A stretch of 64,000 nt of DNA from assembly GCA_037310415.1 (NCBI GenBank), contig CP147780.1:1248001-1312000 (forward strand), in the 5' to 3' direction. Source of the stretch: Candidatus Atabeyarchaeum deiterrae (GTDB lineage Archaea > Asgardarchaeota > Atabeyarchaeia > Atabeyarchaeales > Atabeyarchaeaceae). Position 1 is the first letter of the stretch; each line of letters begins with the position of its first letter. Under the pieces are notes generated by a model. That model worked only from the letters and a program-made list of their open reading frames with translations. It was not told the DNA's origin and did no database searches. This document shows positions 19,156-28,920 of this stretch, piece by piece. Position numbers and translations under genes: made by a program.

Positions 19156-19638
19156 TCAAATCATGAAGTATCTTGGGCAGACTTCTGTTTTTTCAACCCA
19201 GAAAGATATCTGGACATCCTTAACTCCTGGTATGCCTGTGATTTCGTTTCTCAGGTTCGTCAAGTGTTCGAAATCGATGGCCACTCCGATGGCCAACACA
19301 TCGTGGTCTCCGACTGTCTTTGTGGCTACGATTATGCTTGGTATCCTAATCAGTTTTTCCAAAACCAGCGACGAATCGGTGGGGATGGATTCTTCTGCTG
19401 AGATCTGTGTGGGGGAGGTGTCAACCATGAATACAGCCATGGCTTGATAGCCGATTTTCTTTGGGTTGATTACAATTGTTGACCCGCGGATCACGCCCTG
19501 CTGTCGTAGTGCTGCGTACCTATTTATCACCGTGTCAGGTGAAATGCGAAGTTCTTCTGCGATTCTTCTGAAGGACATGCGAGCATCTTGAGTTAATCTA
19601 TTGATGATGGAGATGTCCGTTTCATCCATGTCTTTCAC
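19156..19638 (-). CDS. Lrp/AsnC family transcriptional regulator
   Basis: MDETDISII..L..DARMSF..IA..L HTH plus RAM domain; 4-nt overlap with the upstream paralogue. Confidence 0.9.
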   Translation of the reverse strand: MKDMDETDISIINRLTQDARMSFRRIAEELRISPDTVINRYAALRQQGVIRGSTIVINPKKIGYQAMAVFMVDTSPTQISAEESIPTDSSLVLEKLIRIPSIIVATKTVGDHDVLAIGVAIDFEHLTNLRNEITGIPGVKDVQISFWVEKTEVCPRYFMI

Positions 19639-20114
19639 CTTTTTTCAACGTTTTTGAACTCGAAATTCTCCGGGCATAGAAGTATCTCTTCGACCCAGAT
19701 GCTTGCTGTCACCTCTTCTACCATCGGGTGCCGTTTCACGTACTCTTTTACCTGTCCCAGCCTTCCGACGTTTCTTAGAACTGCTAGAGCAAATATGTTG
19801 TGCCTTCCCATGCATGGAGTGCAAAAAACCACTTCTGGCAGTTTTCCAACAAAATCAATTACGTCTCTCACATGGGGGTGATCGACACGGATTCCGAAGG
19901 TTGCAACACAATCGTAGCCAAAGCTTTTGGGGTTCAACAGTACCGTTGTTCCTCTGGCGACACCGTTTCTTCTCAATCTTTTGAATCGTTTACTTATTGT
20001 ATCAATTGACACCCCGCAATCCTTTGCAATATCCGCAAAGCTAGTGCGAGCATCTTTCTGCAGGGCCCTTATGATACTTAGGTCAATTTCATCGATTTTC
20101 GCTGGGGAAGCCAT
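19635..20114 (-). CDS. Lrp/AsnC family transcriptional regulator
   Basis: IDEIDLSII..LQKDARTSFADIAK HTH plus RAM domain. Confidence 0.9.
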   Translation of the reverse strand: MASPAKIDEIDLSIIRALQKDARTSFADIAKDCGVSIDTISKRFKRLRRNGVARGTTVLLNPKSFGYDCVATFGIRVDHPHVRDVIDFVGKLPEVVFCTPCMGRHNIFALAVLRNVGRLGQVKEYVKRHPMVEEVTASIWVEEILLCPENFEFKNVEKR

Positions 20115-20325
20115 CTCTCCATCCCTTATTCGAATAATAAGTTTCCTAGGTCTTAAACTCTATTGTTTTGGCTCAGAAATCTTACAATGTAGAACCAACG
20201 TCATGAGGGGTTGCACATCACTGGGCAGTATATACATCCTAATACTACCAGCTTATATTGTCCGATTTGTAACTAATTAAATAGACAAAATCAATTATGG
20301 GAGCTGCCAATACTTAGAATGTGGG

Positions 20326-20652
20326 ATGATAAAGATGATGCTAAAAGAAGTGCTTCAAGAGATTGAAAAGGGCAATCCAACCGAACAGCTCGAAAAGAAG
20401 AGATTTGCCTGCGCTCATTGTGGGAGCACGTGGGCCGAAATCGTCGGACTGGTCGTAGCGCACAATAATGGCGGCGAGGAGCTTTGCCTCAGAATCGGTA
20501 TGGAACCAGAAAGCTGCCAGATGTGTAGGTTACAAGCTAGAGAATGCCAAAAATGCGGTTCGAGAGAAGTATATGAAATAGACTTTGCAAAGAATGTTCC
20601 TCAAGGAGTTCCACTGAGCTTTAAGGGCATTAGGACGGTTAGCAGACGCTAA
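20326..20652 (+). CDS. Small Cys-rich (three CxxC) putative zinc-binding protein
   Basis: CAHC, CQMC, CQKC. Confidence 0.65.
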   Translation: MIKMMLKEVLQEIEKGNPTEQLEKKRFACAHCGSTWAEIVGLVVAHNNGGEELCLRIGMEPESCQMCRLQARECQKCGSREVYEIDFAKNVPQGVPLSFKGIRTVSRR

Positions 20653-20973
20653 GGATTCTGATGCGGTCAGCGGCCATCATATACCGTCTTTTGTGTACTG
20701 TTCGCTTCTGCTCTTGTACTTCGGGAGCCGCTCACTTCTACTTCCTTTTTCTGAAATTGTCGAACCAAGATACTCTTTTTTCGCTCATTCTCGCTCGGGG
20801 GAGATGGCTAGCTATTTAAGGAGGACCCAATGACTCCCAAATAAGAGCATGGGCAAAAGAAGGGGACTCAAACTAGTGCGAGCCACGCATTCAATTCAGC
20901 ATAGCCCATCGCTTGAGTCGATGAGGGAATGGCGACCTAAAGCAAAAAGAATAACCAGGAGGAGAAATCAAAG

Positions 20974-22581
20974 ATGAGTGAAAGAGTTCATAGGAACTCA
21001 TCATATTTGAATGGTAAGTCAACAGCAGGAACTTCAACCAGAGTGAAGGACACTAGTTGCACTAGTGGCATGTGTCCGATTTGTATACGCGAATGCGCTT
21101 TCTTATGCGAGATAAGCTTATCAGCTTTCAGAGGAAGAGAGGCGCTTTACCCTGAGCCAACCTACTTTGGGTTGAGCACATCTGGAGCACTGAAAGACTT
21201 CGGATTGGACTGGTCACATTTCAATATCCATGCTGGCTTAATCGGAGCTGAAGGTATCGAGGCGGATTCCGACCGTGCCATATTTCCAAACGTTGACATC
21301 GAAACAAGTGTCGGTGGAATTCCTCTCAAGATCCCTGTCCTGATAGGTGCATTTGGCTCTACGGATGTTGCGCGCCTGAACTGGCGAGGACTGGGTGTCG
21401 GTGCGGCTCTCTCAGGTGTCGTCTTGACCGTCGGTGAGAACGTTTGTGGCATGGATGCTGACGCTGAATTCACCGATGGGAAGGTGACGAACTCTCCGGA
21501 GCTCAAGCGCCGAGTGGATATCTTCAGAGAGTTCTGGGATGGAAAGCATGGAGACATCGCAGTGCAGACGAACGTTGAAGACGATAGGTTTGGTGTTCAC
21601 ACCTACGCTTCATCAAAGCTTGAGGTTAATGTCATAGAGCGAAAGTGGGGCCAAGGTGCCAAAGCCATAGGAGGAGAAGTCCGAGTCTCAGACCTTAACA
21701 AGGCAATTCTACTGAAGAAGCGCGGCTACGTGGTCATCCCAGATCCTGAAGACAAGAATGTCCAAGAAGCTTTCAAGGCAGGCGCTCTACGAACATTCGA
21801 AAGACACAGCAGGGTCGGCATGCCAAACGAAAAAGACTTCCTTGAAGACATCGACTCCTTAAAGGAACAGGGTGTAAAACATGTCACACTGAAGACAGGA
21901 GCGTATAGACCGTCCGCCGTAGCCTTTACGATGAAGCTTGCCTCTGAAGCCAAGATCGACTACATAACTTTCGACGGTGCTGGAGGAGGAACAGGTATGA
22001 GCCCGGTGCCCATGATGGATGAGATGGGTATACCAACAATTTACCTTGAAACTCTGGTCTTGAAGTGTGCGGAGTTCCTTAAGAAGAAAAGAAGACGCGT
22101 GCCCGACATCGTGATGGCTGGTGGATTCATATCTGAATCACAGATCTACAAAGCTATCGCTTTGAGCAACTTTGGCGAAGCACCATACGTGAAGGCCACG
22201 CTGATGGCTAGGTCACCCCTTACAGCGGTCATGAAATCCTCATACTTCACGGAACTCTTTGAAAAAGGTCAACTTCCAAAAACCTTTGTCAATAGATATG
22301 GTAACACACCCGAAAACTTCTTCGTGAACGCGCCAGAGTTAAAGGCGGCGTACGGAGACAGATTCAAGGAGATACCGTGGGAAGCTGTTGGCTTATACAG
22401 CTACTTGCACGAAAGAATCGGAGTCGGATTGCGCCAACTTCTTGCAGGATCGAGGAAGTGGAAGTTAGCCGCAGTAAGCAGGAATGACCTAATTGCCTTG
22501 ACGGAGAGGGCTGCAAAGGTTACCGGAATACCGTTGCCAGAAGAATCCGAAATGGATGCTGTGAAGACCATACTATCATAG
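20974..22581 (+). CDS. FMN-binding glutamate synthase family protein (stand-alone)
   Basis: ERKWGQGAKAIGGE, TFDGAGGGTGMSP, AGG; N-terminal CTSGMCPICIRECAFLC cluster; SD AGGAGGAG. Confidence 0.85.
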   Translation: MSERVHRNSSYLNGKSTAGTSTRVKDTSCTSGMCPICIRECAFLCEISLSAFRGREALYPEPTYFGLSTSGALKDFGLDWSHFNIHAGLIGAEGIEADSDRAIFPNVDIETSVGGIPLKIPVLIGAFGSTDVARLNWRGLGVGAALSGVVLTVGENVCGMDADAEFTDGKVTNSPELKRRVDIFREFWDGKHGDIAVQTNVEDDRFGVHTYASSKLEVNVIERKWGQGAKAIGGEVRVSDLNKAILLKKRGYVVIPDPEDKNVQEAFKAGALRTFERHSRVGMPNEKDFLEDIDSLKEQGVKHVTLKTGAYRPSAVAFTMKLASEAKIDYITFDGAGGGTGMSPVPMMDEMGIPTIYLETLVLKCAEFLKKKRRRVPDIVMAGGFISESQIYKAIALSNFGEAPYVKATLMARSPLTAVMKSSYFTELFEKGQLPKTFVNRYGNTPENFFVNAPELKAAYGDRFKEIPWEAVGLYSYLHERIGVGLRQLLAGSRKWKLAAVSRNDLIALTERAAKVTGIPLPEESEMDAVKTILS

Positions 22582-22643
22582 ACTGCGAGAAGACGAACGT
22601 AAGAAAATTATGAATGAACTCCTATAAGAACTGGGGGTAGATT

Positions 22644-22874
22644 ATGAAAGCCTATGTGGAAATGAGTATCGCTCCTGGAAAGATCAAGGATATTCTAAGA
22701 GCGCTGAGGCGGATTGGTAACATAAAAGAAGTTAGTGCTGTAACTGGACACTGCGATGTCATAGCATCGATCGACGCGGGCGACATGGAAACCTTTTCGA
22801 AAATCTTACTGGAAAAGGTCCAGTCGCTGGACGGGGTTACCCGCACCGAAACACTAGTGTGTGTTCCAGCCTAG
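22644..22874 (+). CDS. Stand-alone Lrp/AsnC ligand-binding (RAM) domain protein
   Basis: AYV...PGK...VTGHCDVIA...LDGVTRTETL with no HTH. Confidence 0.85.
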   Translation: MKAYVEMSIAPGKIKDILRALRRIGNIKEVSAVTGHCDVIASIDAGDMETFSKILLEKVQSLDGVTRTETLVCVPA

Positions 22875-23427
22875 TGAATTCCTGTGAATCTCTGCAGTGA
22901 CGGCAGTGGGCATGACGTTAGCGCCATTGAACAATGCGTCGTTGGGGGCGAAGGATGGGCAGACGATCAAGTGGGGATCCTAACTCCCCATACCTTTTTT
23001 GCCGGCTGCCAGCCTACAGGTGTCTTTAGCTGTGACTATGTCAACCAAGCATTTAGAGTTTTGAGGAACTAGCTCTCGAATCGGGAAGGCAGGATCAACG
23101 ACCCTTGCTCCGACAACCCAACCAGAAGGTCGGAGAGTGAAAGCAAATCTCATCCCAAATACAAGCACAGGTTGAAATAGAAGTGGGGTTTTCCTAGGGG
23201 CGGCTTTTTTTCTGGGATCTCCGTCCTGCAGATCCCTTGCCATTTCCTAACTCTATGGAGATCCACCGCTACATCATGTTGATTAGGATGACGCGGACAT
23301 TCGGAGACCATGCTCCGAAGAACAAAGATCTGTTCAGTGTAAACAATCTGGCAATCTGATCCTGATCAGCCCAGGAAATAAGTCAACCAAATTCATTCCA
23401 GCATTGTTAAGAAAATAGAGAGGTGAG

Positions 23428-23453
23428 GAACGCAAAACATACTTGCTGCGTTC
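23428..23453. terminator. Inverted repeat downstream of gdhA copy 2
   Basis: GAACGCA (23428-23434) / TGCGTTC (23447-23453). Confidence 0.25.
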
Positions 23454-23487
23454 TCAACTCTATAAGCGGAACCAATTCAGAGTTTCT

Positions 23488-24744
23488 TTATGGGAACAGT
23501 CCTAGTTTCTCTGTTGCATCAGCGATTCTCTTCACTGCGATCATATATGCTCCAGTGCGCTGGTTAACCTTGAACTTCTGTGACATTTCGTAGACACCGT
23601 TGAACGCCTTCACCATTTTTTCTTCGAGTTTCTTATTGAATTCGTCCTCAGTCCAGCTCTCTCGGTCAAGGTTCTGTAGCCACTCAAAATATGAGCCTAG
23701 CACTCCACCAGAGTTTGCAAGAACATCAGGCAGAACCATTATCCCTTTCTTGAATAGGGTCTCATCTGCTTCTGGTGTAGTTGGACCGTTAGCTCCTTCA
23801 GCCACTATTCTGCAGCTGATCTTCGAAGCATTTTCACCTGTGATCTGATTCTCTAGCGCACAAGGCAACAATATGTCACATTTCGTGATAAGTAGTTCCT
23901 CATTAGTTGTGTTTTTCGTCCCGGGGTAGCCTTGCACTTTGTCAGTCTTTTCCTTGAATTCTAGGAGTTTCTTAGGGTCAATCCCCTTGGGGTCGATGAC
24001 TCCTCCTTTTGAGTCGCTAGCTCCAATCATCTTAGCGCCCCAACCAGCAAGTATCTGAGCTGCCCAAATCCCCACGTTTCCATAACCTTGAACTACGAAG
24101 GTTGCGATCTTCATGTCAATGTTGAGTTTCTTGCATGCCTCACGGACACAAAAAGCCAAGCCTCTTCCAGTGGAAGATTCCCGTCCTAGAGAGCCACCTA
24201 TTTCAAGTGGCTTGCCAGTGACTACTTCTGGAACCTTGTGTCCAACTGCCATAGAGTAGGTGTCCATTATCCATGCCATTTCTCTGCCGCTTGTGTAAAC
24301 ATCTGGAGCAGGAACGTCTATGTAGGGTCCTATGAAGTCTTTTATCGCGAAAGCGTAGCGTCTTGTCATTCTTTCGATCTCGCCTGGCGACATTTGCAGA
24401 GGGTTGCAAGTAATGCCTCCTTTTGCTCCACCATAGGGTATGTCGATCACCGCAGTCTTGATTGTCATCCATGCTGAGAGTGCTTTGACTTCGTCTAGAT
24501 TTACGTTCGGGTGGTACCTTATTCCGCCCTTAAATGGTCCTCTTGCGTCATTGAACTGCACCCTGTATCCCGTGAATACTTCGATTTGACCATTGTCCAT
24601 TCTCACGGGCAATGAGACTATGAGAGTTCTCTTGGGATATTTGAGTCGCTTTACGATTCCTGGGTCTATCTTCAGTTTGTCGGCACATAGATCAAGATTC
24701 TTGGTGTATGCATCAAAAGGATTCTTACTTTCTTTCGTAGACAA
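23488..24744 (-). CDS. gdhA: Glutamate dehydrogenase, copy 2
   Basis: Same motifs as copy 1; SD GGAGG; visibly similar to copy 1 along its length. Confidence 0.95.
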   Translation of the reverse strand: MSTKESKNPFDAYTKNLDLCADKLKIDPGIVKRLKYPKRTLIVSLPVRMDNGQIEVFTGYRVQFNDARGPFKGGIRYHPNVNLDEVKALSAWMTIKTAVIDIPYGGAKGGITCNPLQMSPGEIERMTRRYAFAIKDFIGPYIDVPAPDVYTSGREMAWIMDTYSMAVGHKVPEVVTGKPLEIGGSLGRESSTGRGLAFCVREACKKLNIDMKIATFVVQGYGNVGIWAAQILAGWGAKMIGASDSKGGVIDPKGIDPKKLLEFKEKTDKVQGYPGTKNTTNEELLITKCDILLPCALENQITGENASKISCRIVAEGANGPTTPEADETLFKKGIMVLPDVLANSGGVLGSYFEWLQNLDRESWTEDEFNKKLEEKMVKAFNGVYEMSQKFKVNQRTGAYMIAVKRIADATEKLGLFP

Positions 24745-25020
24745 CTGGTTATCCTCCTTGCAGAATTGTCTGAATTACGGAAAAGGGTAGTTCCCTTTTT
24801 AACTTAATTGTTTACTTGGCACACCTATGTACTTGAGATGCTAGCGTTTTCCCAACCGTATAGCACGCTTTTCTTCACATTATTCGCAGCCTTGATAGAC
24901 TTTCTCGTAATTCACCTGAATCGGCAATGTTATCCCGAAAAGAAGAAAAGTGTCAAGGCAACAAACCCAAGGCTGACTCTTTATCCGCATGGATATAAGA
25001 AGGATCGTGCAATCGGAATC

Positions 25021-25479
25021 ATGCTTCGAAACTTCGGCTGGCTTGTCAAAGGTAAGATCGCAGGAGCCGCGCTTCCGGACTCACCTGACAGTTTCTCTGA
25101 ACTCTGGAACTCCGGAATCCGCGCTATCGTTAGTCTTGTGGAATGGCCCGTGGATGAACAACTGATAAGGAGCATTGGCTTCGAATACCTCCATCTGAAG
25201 ATTCCTTCCTATATGCCGCCAACACAAGAACAGATTGACAAGTTCATTGATTTTGTCGAGAGAATGGAGGAGCGAGATAAACCGATAGTTGTCTGCTGCA
25301 GGATGGGATGGGGGAGAACGGGATCCATGCTAGCTTCGTACTTAGTAAGGAAGGGATTCGGCTCCGGTGATGCGATCAGAGAAGTCAGAAAGAAACGACC
25401 TCGCTCCATTGAGTCGGCTGAGCAAGAAGCAGCAGTTCGAGAATACGCTACAAGGTTGAAGACACTAGGAACGGAATAA
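25021..25479 (+). CDS. Dual-specificity / PTP-like phosphatase
   Basis: NFGW...IAG, CX5R loop CCRMGWGRTG, RPRSIESAEQ; likely start 25021 (track 24808). Confidence 0.85.
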   Translation: MLRNFGWLVKGKIAGAALPDSPDSFSELWNSGIRAIVSLVEWPVDEQLIRSIGFEYLHLKIPSYMPPTQEQIDKFIDFVERMEERDKPIVVCCRMGWGRTGSMLASYLVRKGFGSGDAIREVRKKRPRSIESAEQEAAVREYATRLKTLGTE

Positions 25480-25777
25480 GTCTCGCGAAAAACACTCAAC
25501 TTTGACGTTTTCAAAATCAATTTGTTTCTCTTGTTCCCACCGTACTTTCTACTTCGTAAGGAGCGAGTGAGTTACAGCAGGATGGAGTTTATGGCATAGT
25601 ATAATACTCTGAATGGAAGTGTCTCGTTGCATATGATTCGACTCGAATTCCCTATTCCTCCCTCGGTCTCGCCCCTCTCCCTCGTCTTGGAAAGCCAGCT
25701 ACTTCGTTGGTGAGAAAACTATTTTAGAGGGATAGCGGAAACTGGGTTTCAATTCATTGTAGGAGGATTGAGAAGTC

Positions 25778-26119
25778 ATGGTGTTTGATTGGTATCGACG
25801 AAGGAAGCGAGCTTTCGGCAATAAGCGAAGTTCCCACTGGGGTGATGTAAGGAAGACGTTCCTAAAAACACACGGTTCTTGCGTGGTATGCGGCTCAAAG
25901 GATCATCTTGAGGTTCACCATATAGTTCCGTTTCACATTAACCCAAGCAAAGAGTTACAGCAAAGCAACCTGATAACACTTTGCCAGTCGAAGAGTCACA
26001 ATGACCACCTGATTTTCGGTCACCTGTTAGATTTTCATGCCATGAATACGAAAGTTGTCATCGATTCGAAGAATTACCACGCGGAACTTGCGAAGCGCAA
26101 GATTGTGAAAGGAAAATAG
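25778..26119 (+). CDS. HNH endonuclease
   Basis: CVVC...EVHHIVP...NLITLC...H...H; SD AGGAGG. Confidence 0.85.
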   Translation: MVFDWYRRRKRAFGNKRSSHWGDVRKTFLKTHGSCVVCGSKDHLEVHHIVPFHINPSKELQQSNLITLCQSKSHNDHLIFGHLLDFHAMNTKVVIDSKNYHAELAKRKIVKGK

Positions 26120-26361
26120 GATATTGAGGGAGGAAGCAAGGAAAAGAAGATAATATGCCTACGCAAGGGGGAAAACCAGACTCAGCACGGGTACGGAAAA
26201 AAGCATGCAAGTCTCTGAGAGGGACTCGGAACCGGTCTCTCATTCCCTTTTTCTTCTATCTACGCTCGCCAAAGAGCGCCTTGTTTTCGATCCTGAAAAA
26301 CAATGACATTATAAATATCTTAACCGTGATAGAAGATCAATGTTTCTCTAAGGTGATATAC

Positions 26362-27534
26362 ATGAGTAGCATCTTTCTGACAGATGAGGAGGTGAAGTAT
26401 CAAGTCCAGACAAGGGACTTTGTTAGGAGGGAGCTTACCGGTGTTGCCGAGGAAATTGAGAAGACAGGTCGATACCCACGTGAGGTCTTCAGAATTCTCA
26501 GACCGACGGGAAACTTGGGTAGCTTGATACCTAAGGAGTATGGCGGAGCTGACCAAGGTCCGGTAATAGCTTCACTTTTCGCTGAAGAGATGGGTGCCGT
26601 AAGCCCCGCAATAGGAATGTGTATTGGAGCCTCTTCAGTTCTCTTTACTTGGCCAATGGTGAGATTTGGCTCAAAGCAACAGAAAGCGAGGGTTCTTCCG
26701 CAAATAGCACGAGGAGAAAAAATAGGTTGCATATGTATAACTGAACCGAATGTGGGATCAGACGTGGCTGGAATGAAAACCAGCGCCAAAAAAGAAGGAG
26801 ACTACTATGTGCTGAACGGAGAAAAGCGATTCATAACTAATGGTGGAGAGGCAGACTACCTGCTCGTTTTTGCGATAACTAATCCAAAGGTTCATGCGCA
26901 TCAAGGTATGACCGCATTCTTAGTCGAGAAGACCATGCTAGGATTCAAGCACACCAAGGACTACGATCTAATGGGCAACCGAGGAGCCAAATCAGCCCAC
27001 CTGAGATTTGAAAATGTCAAGGTTCCCAAAGAGAACGTCGTTGGTCCAGAGCACGGCGGTTTCCTCGTAGTCATGGACGAACTCGACATAGAAAGAACGA
27101 TGATCGCAGGTCAGGCGATAGGTTGCGCTCGAACGCCATTCGAGGCGGCGGTCAAGTATTCAACTGAGAGAGTTCAGTTCGACCAAACCATAAGTAGGTT
27201 TGAGGGAGTAAGTTTCAAAGTCGCGGACATGGGAATGGCGATAGACGCCGCGAGGTTGCTCATGCTGAGAGCAGCCCGCATGATTGGCAAAGGACTAAGC
27301 GCTACTAAAGAAGCATCAATGGCGAAACTCTTTGCCGTAGAGACAGCCAACAGTGTGACTTATAATGCACTTCAGATACTTGGAGGAATCGGGTACACAA
27401 AAGAGCATAATGTCGAGCAATTCGCGAGAGATGCAAGACTCATGCCAATCGGAGGAGGCACATCTGAAATACTACGCTACTTGATCCAACGGGAAATCTA
27501 CAAGGAGTTCAAGGAGAAAAAGGAGAAGTCCTGA
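26362..27534 (+). CDS. Acyl-CoA dehydrogenase
   Basis: ITEPNVGSDV, LNGEKRFITNG, RVQF, GGIGY, IGGGTSEI; start 26362 after SD AGGTGA. Confidence 0.93.
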   Translation: MSSIFLTDEEVKYQVQTRDFVRRELTGVAEEIEKTGRYPREVFRILRPTGNLGSLIPKEYGGADQGPVIASLFAEEMGAVSPAIGMCIGASSVLFTWPMVRFGSKQQKARVLPQIARGEKIGCICITEPNVGSDVAGMKTSAKKEGDYYVLNGEKRFITNGGEADYLLVFAITNPKVHAHQGMTAFLVEKTMLGFKHTKDYDLMGNRGAKSAHLRFENVKVPKENVVGPEHGGFLVVMDELDIERTMIAGQAIGCARTPFEAAVKYSTERVQFDQTISRFEGVSFKVADMGMAIDAARLLMLRAARMIGKGLSATKEASMAKLFAVETANSVTYNALQILGGIGYTKEHNVEQFARDARLMPIGGGTSEILRYLIQREIYKEFKEKKEKS

Positions 27535-27651
27535 ACCTCAGCTTCATCTCTTCGAATACAGCAAGTGACGAAAACAAATGTTTTATCTACATGATGACGT
27601 AGAATACTGTACCAATAGTCCAAACTAAGAGAGAGGAGAAATGGCTGGAAT

Positions 27652-28668
27652 ATGTCCGCTAAAAAGGCAACTACGCCTGCCAAACAGGCAGAAGTAGCTC
27701 CGAAGAAACCTCCACGCAAAGTGATAATCACTTGTGCGCTCACTGGAAGCGCTGTAGGTCCAAGTCAGACCCCATATCTACCAATCACACCCGACCAACT
27801 TTCAGATGATGCCAAGGCTGCCTACAAAGCCGGTGCTTCAGTAGTTCACGTACATATCAGAGATCCCAAGACGGGAATACCATCATCTGACATGAACGTT
27901 TGGAGAGAAACGCTGACGAAGATCAAGCAGAAATGCGATGACATAATAGTGTGCACTACTACAGGTGGCGGCATGGGCATGACACCTGAGCAGAGAATAG
28001 CAGTAGTTCCAGAGTTCGAACCCGAAATGTGTAGCTTCGACGTTGAGTCAATGAATTTCTCCGTGTTCCCCTTAGCCGACCGGATAAAGGAGTGGAAGAC
28101 CAACTGGGAGAAACCCATGTTCATCTCTAGCAAAGACATGGTTTTCCGAAACACATTCAAAGACCTTGACGTCTTCGCCAAGGCGATGAAGGATCATAAG
28201 GTCAAACCCGAAATAGAGATCTATGGCACTAATGGTTTATGGAATACCGCCGCCATGCTCCGTTTCGGCTGGGTTGAATTTCCTCTTCACATCCAATACG
28301 TGCTGGGAGTACTAGGAGGAACAGGTGCTACCGTTTACGAGCTAGCTCACCTTCAAACAGAGACCGATCGAATTGCACGCCAAGCATCACTTATGATCGG
28401 AAAGAACGTAGAATATACTTGGTCGGTAATTGGAATAGGGTACCCAGCAGAGTTCTATCTTGGTGCGGCTGCGATGGCTATGGGTGGACACGTTAGAGTC
28501 GGGCTTGAGGACAACATTTTCATAAGACGCGGCGAACTCGCAAAAGGAAATGGCGAGCTTGTTGAAAAAATAGTTAAGATTGCTCACGACATAGATCTCG
28601 AGATCGCAACACCGAAAGATGTCAGAGAGATGCTTAAACTTAAAGGAATAGACAAGGTCAAGTTCTGA
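27652..28668 (+). CDS. Beta-keto acid cleavage enzyme (BKACE / 3-keto-5-aminohexanoate cleavage family)
   Basis: ITCALTG, LPITP, HVHIRD, TTTGG, KPEIE, HVRVGLEDN. Confidence 0.92.
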   Translation: MSAKKATTPAKQAEVAPKKPPRKVIITCALTGSAVGPSQTPYLPITPDQLSDDAKAAYKAGASVVHVHIRDPKTGIPSSDMNVWRETLTKIKQKCDDIIVCTTTGGGMGMTPEQRIAVVPEFEPEMCSFDVESMNFSVFPLADRIKEWKTNWEKPMFISSKDMVFRNTFKDLDVFAKAMKDHKVKPEIEIYGTNGLWNTAAMLRFGWVEFPLHIQYVLGVLGGTGATVYELAHLQTETDRIARQASLMIGKNVEYTWSVIGIGYPAEFYLGAAAMAMGGHVRVGLEDNIFIRRGELAKGNGELVEKIVKIAHDIDLEIATPKDVREMLKLKGIDKVKF

Positions 28669-28920
28669 CCAGAACCGGCAATTGATGTCCAAGCATCGCG
28701 TTTTTTCTTTCGCATGGAATTGAACTCTCAAGATCACCTTCTTCCCCTTTTTTTGGGAACCTTACCTGCAATAATAGTGTCTAGATGTTTGCTCAGGATG
28801 TTATATTATCCTGATATAAGGAAAACATAATATTCCTATTTCAATTCTACATAACGAATGATAGCAGAGTCTTCTAACGCAGAAAAGTCAGCATCAGTTA
28901 TGAGTAGGGCGATTCTCTAG

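Noticed and set aside
20813-20977. AGGAGG + micro-ORF MTPK, and a 42-aa basic ORF overlapping the start of the FMN-GltS-like gene
   Set aside because: The apparent SD directly abuts a TATA-like TATTTAA and is probably not transcribed; no attenuator-like codon bias
22980-23243. 87-aa minus-strand ORF and small hairpins in the 600-bp gap before gdhA copy 2
   Set aside because: No SD or protein-like motif; the hairpins are short. An ncRNA cannot be excluded without a covariance search
26155-26361. Long N-terminal extensions in track ORFs (also 18714-18833, 24808-25020, 47835-48011)
   Set aside because: Internal starts with SD sites or family-typical N-termini fit better
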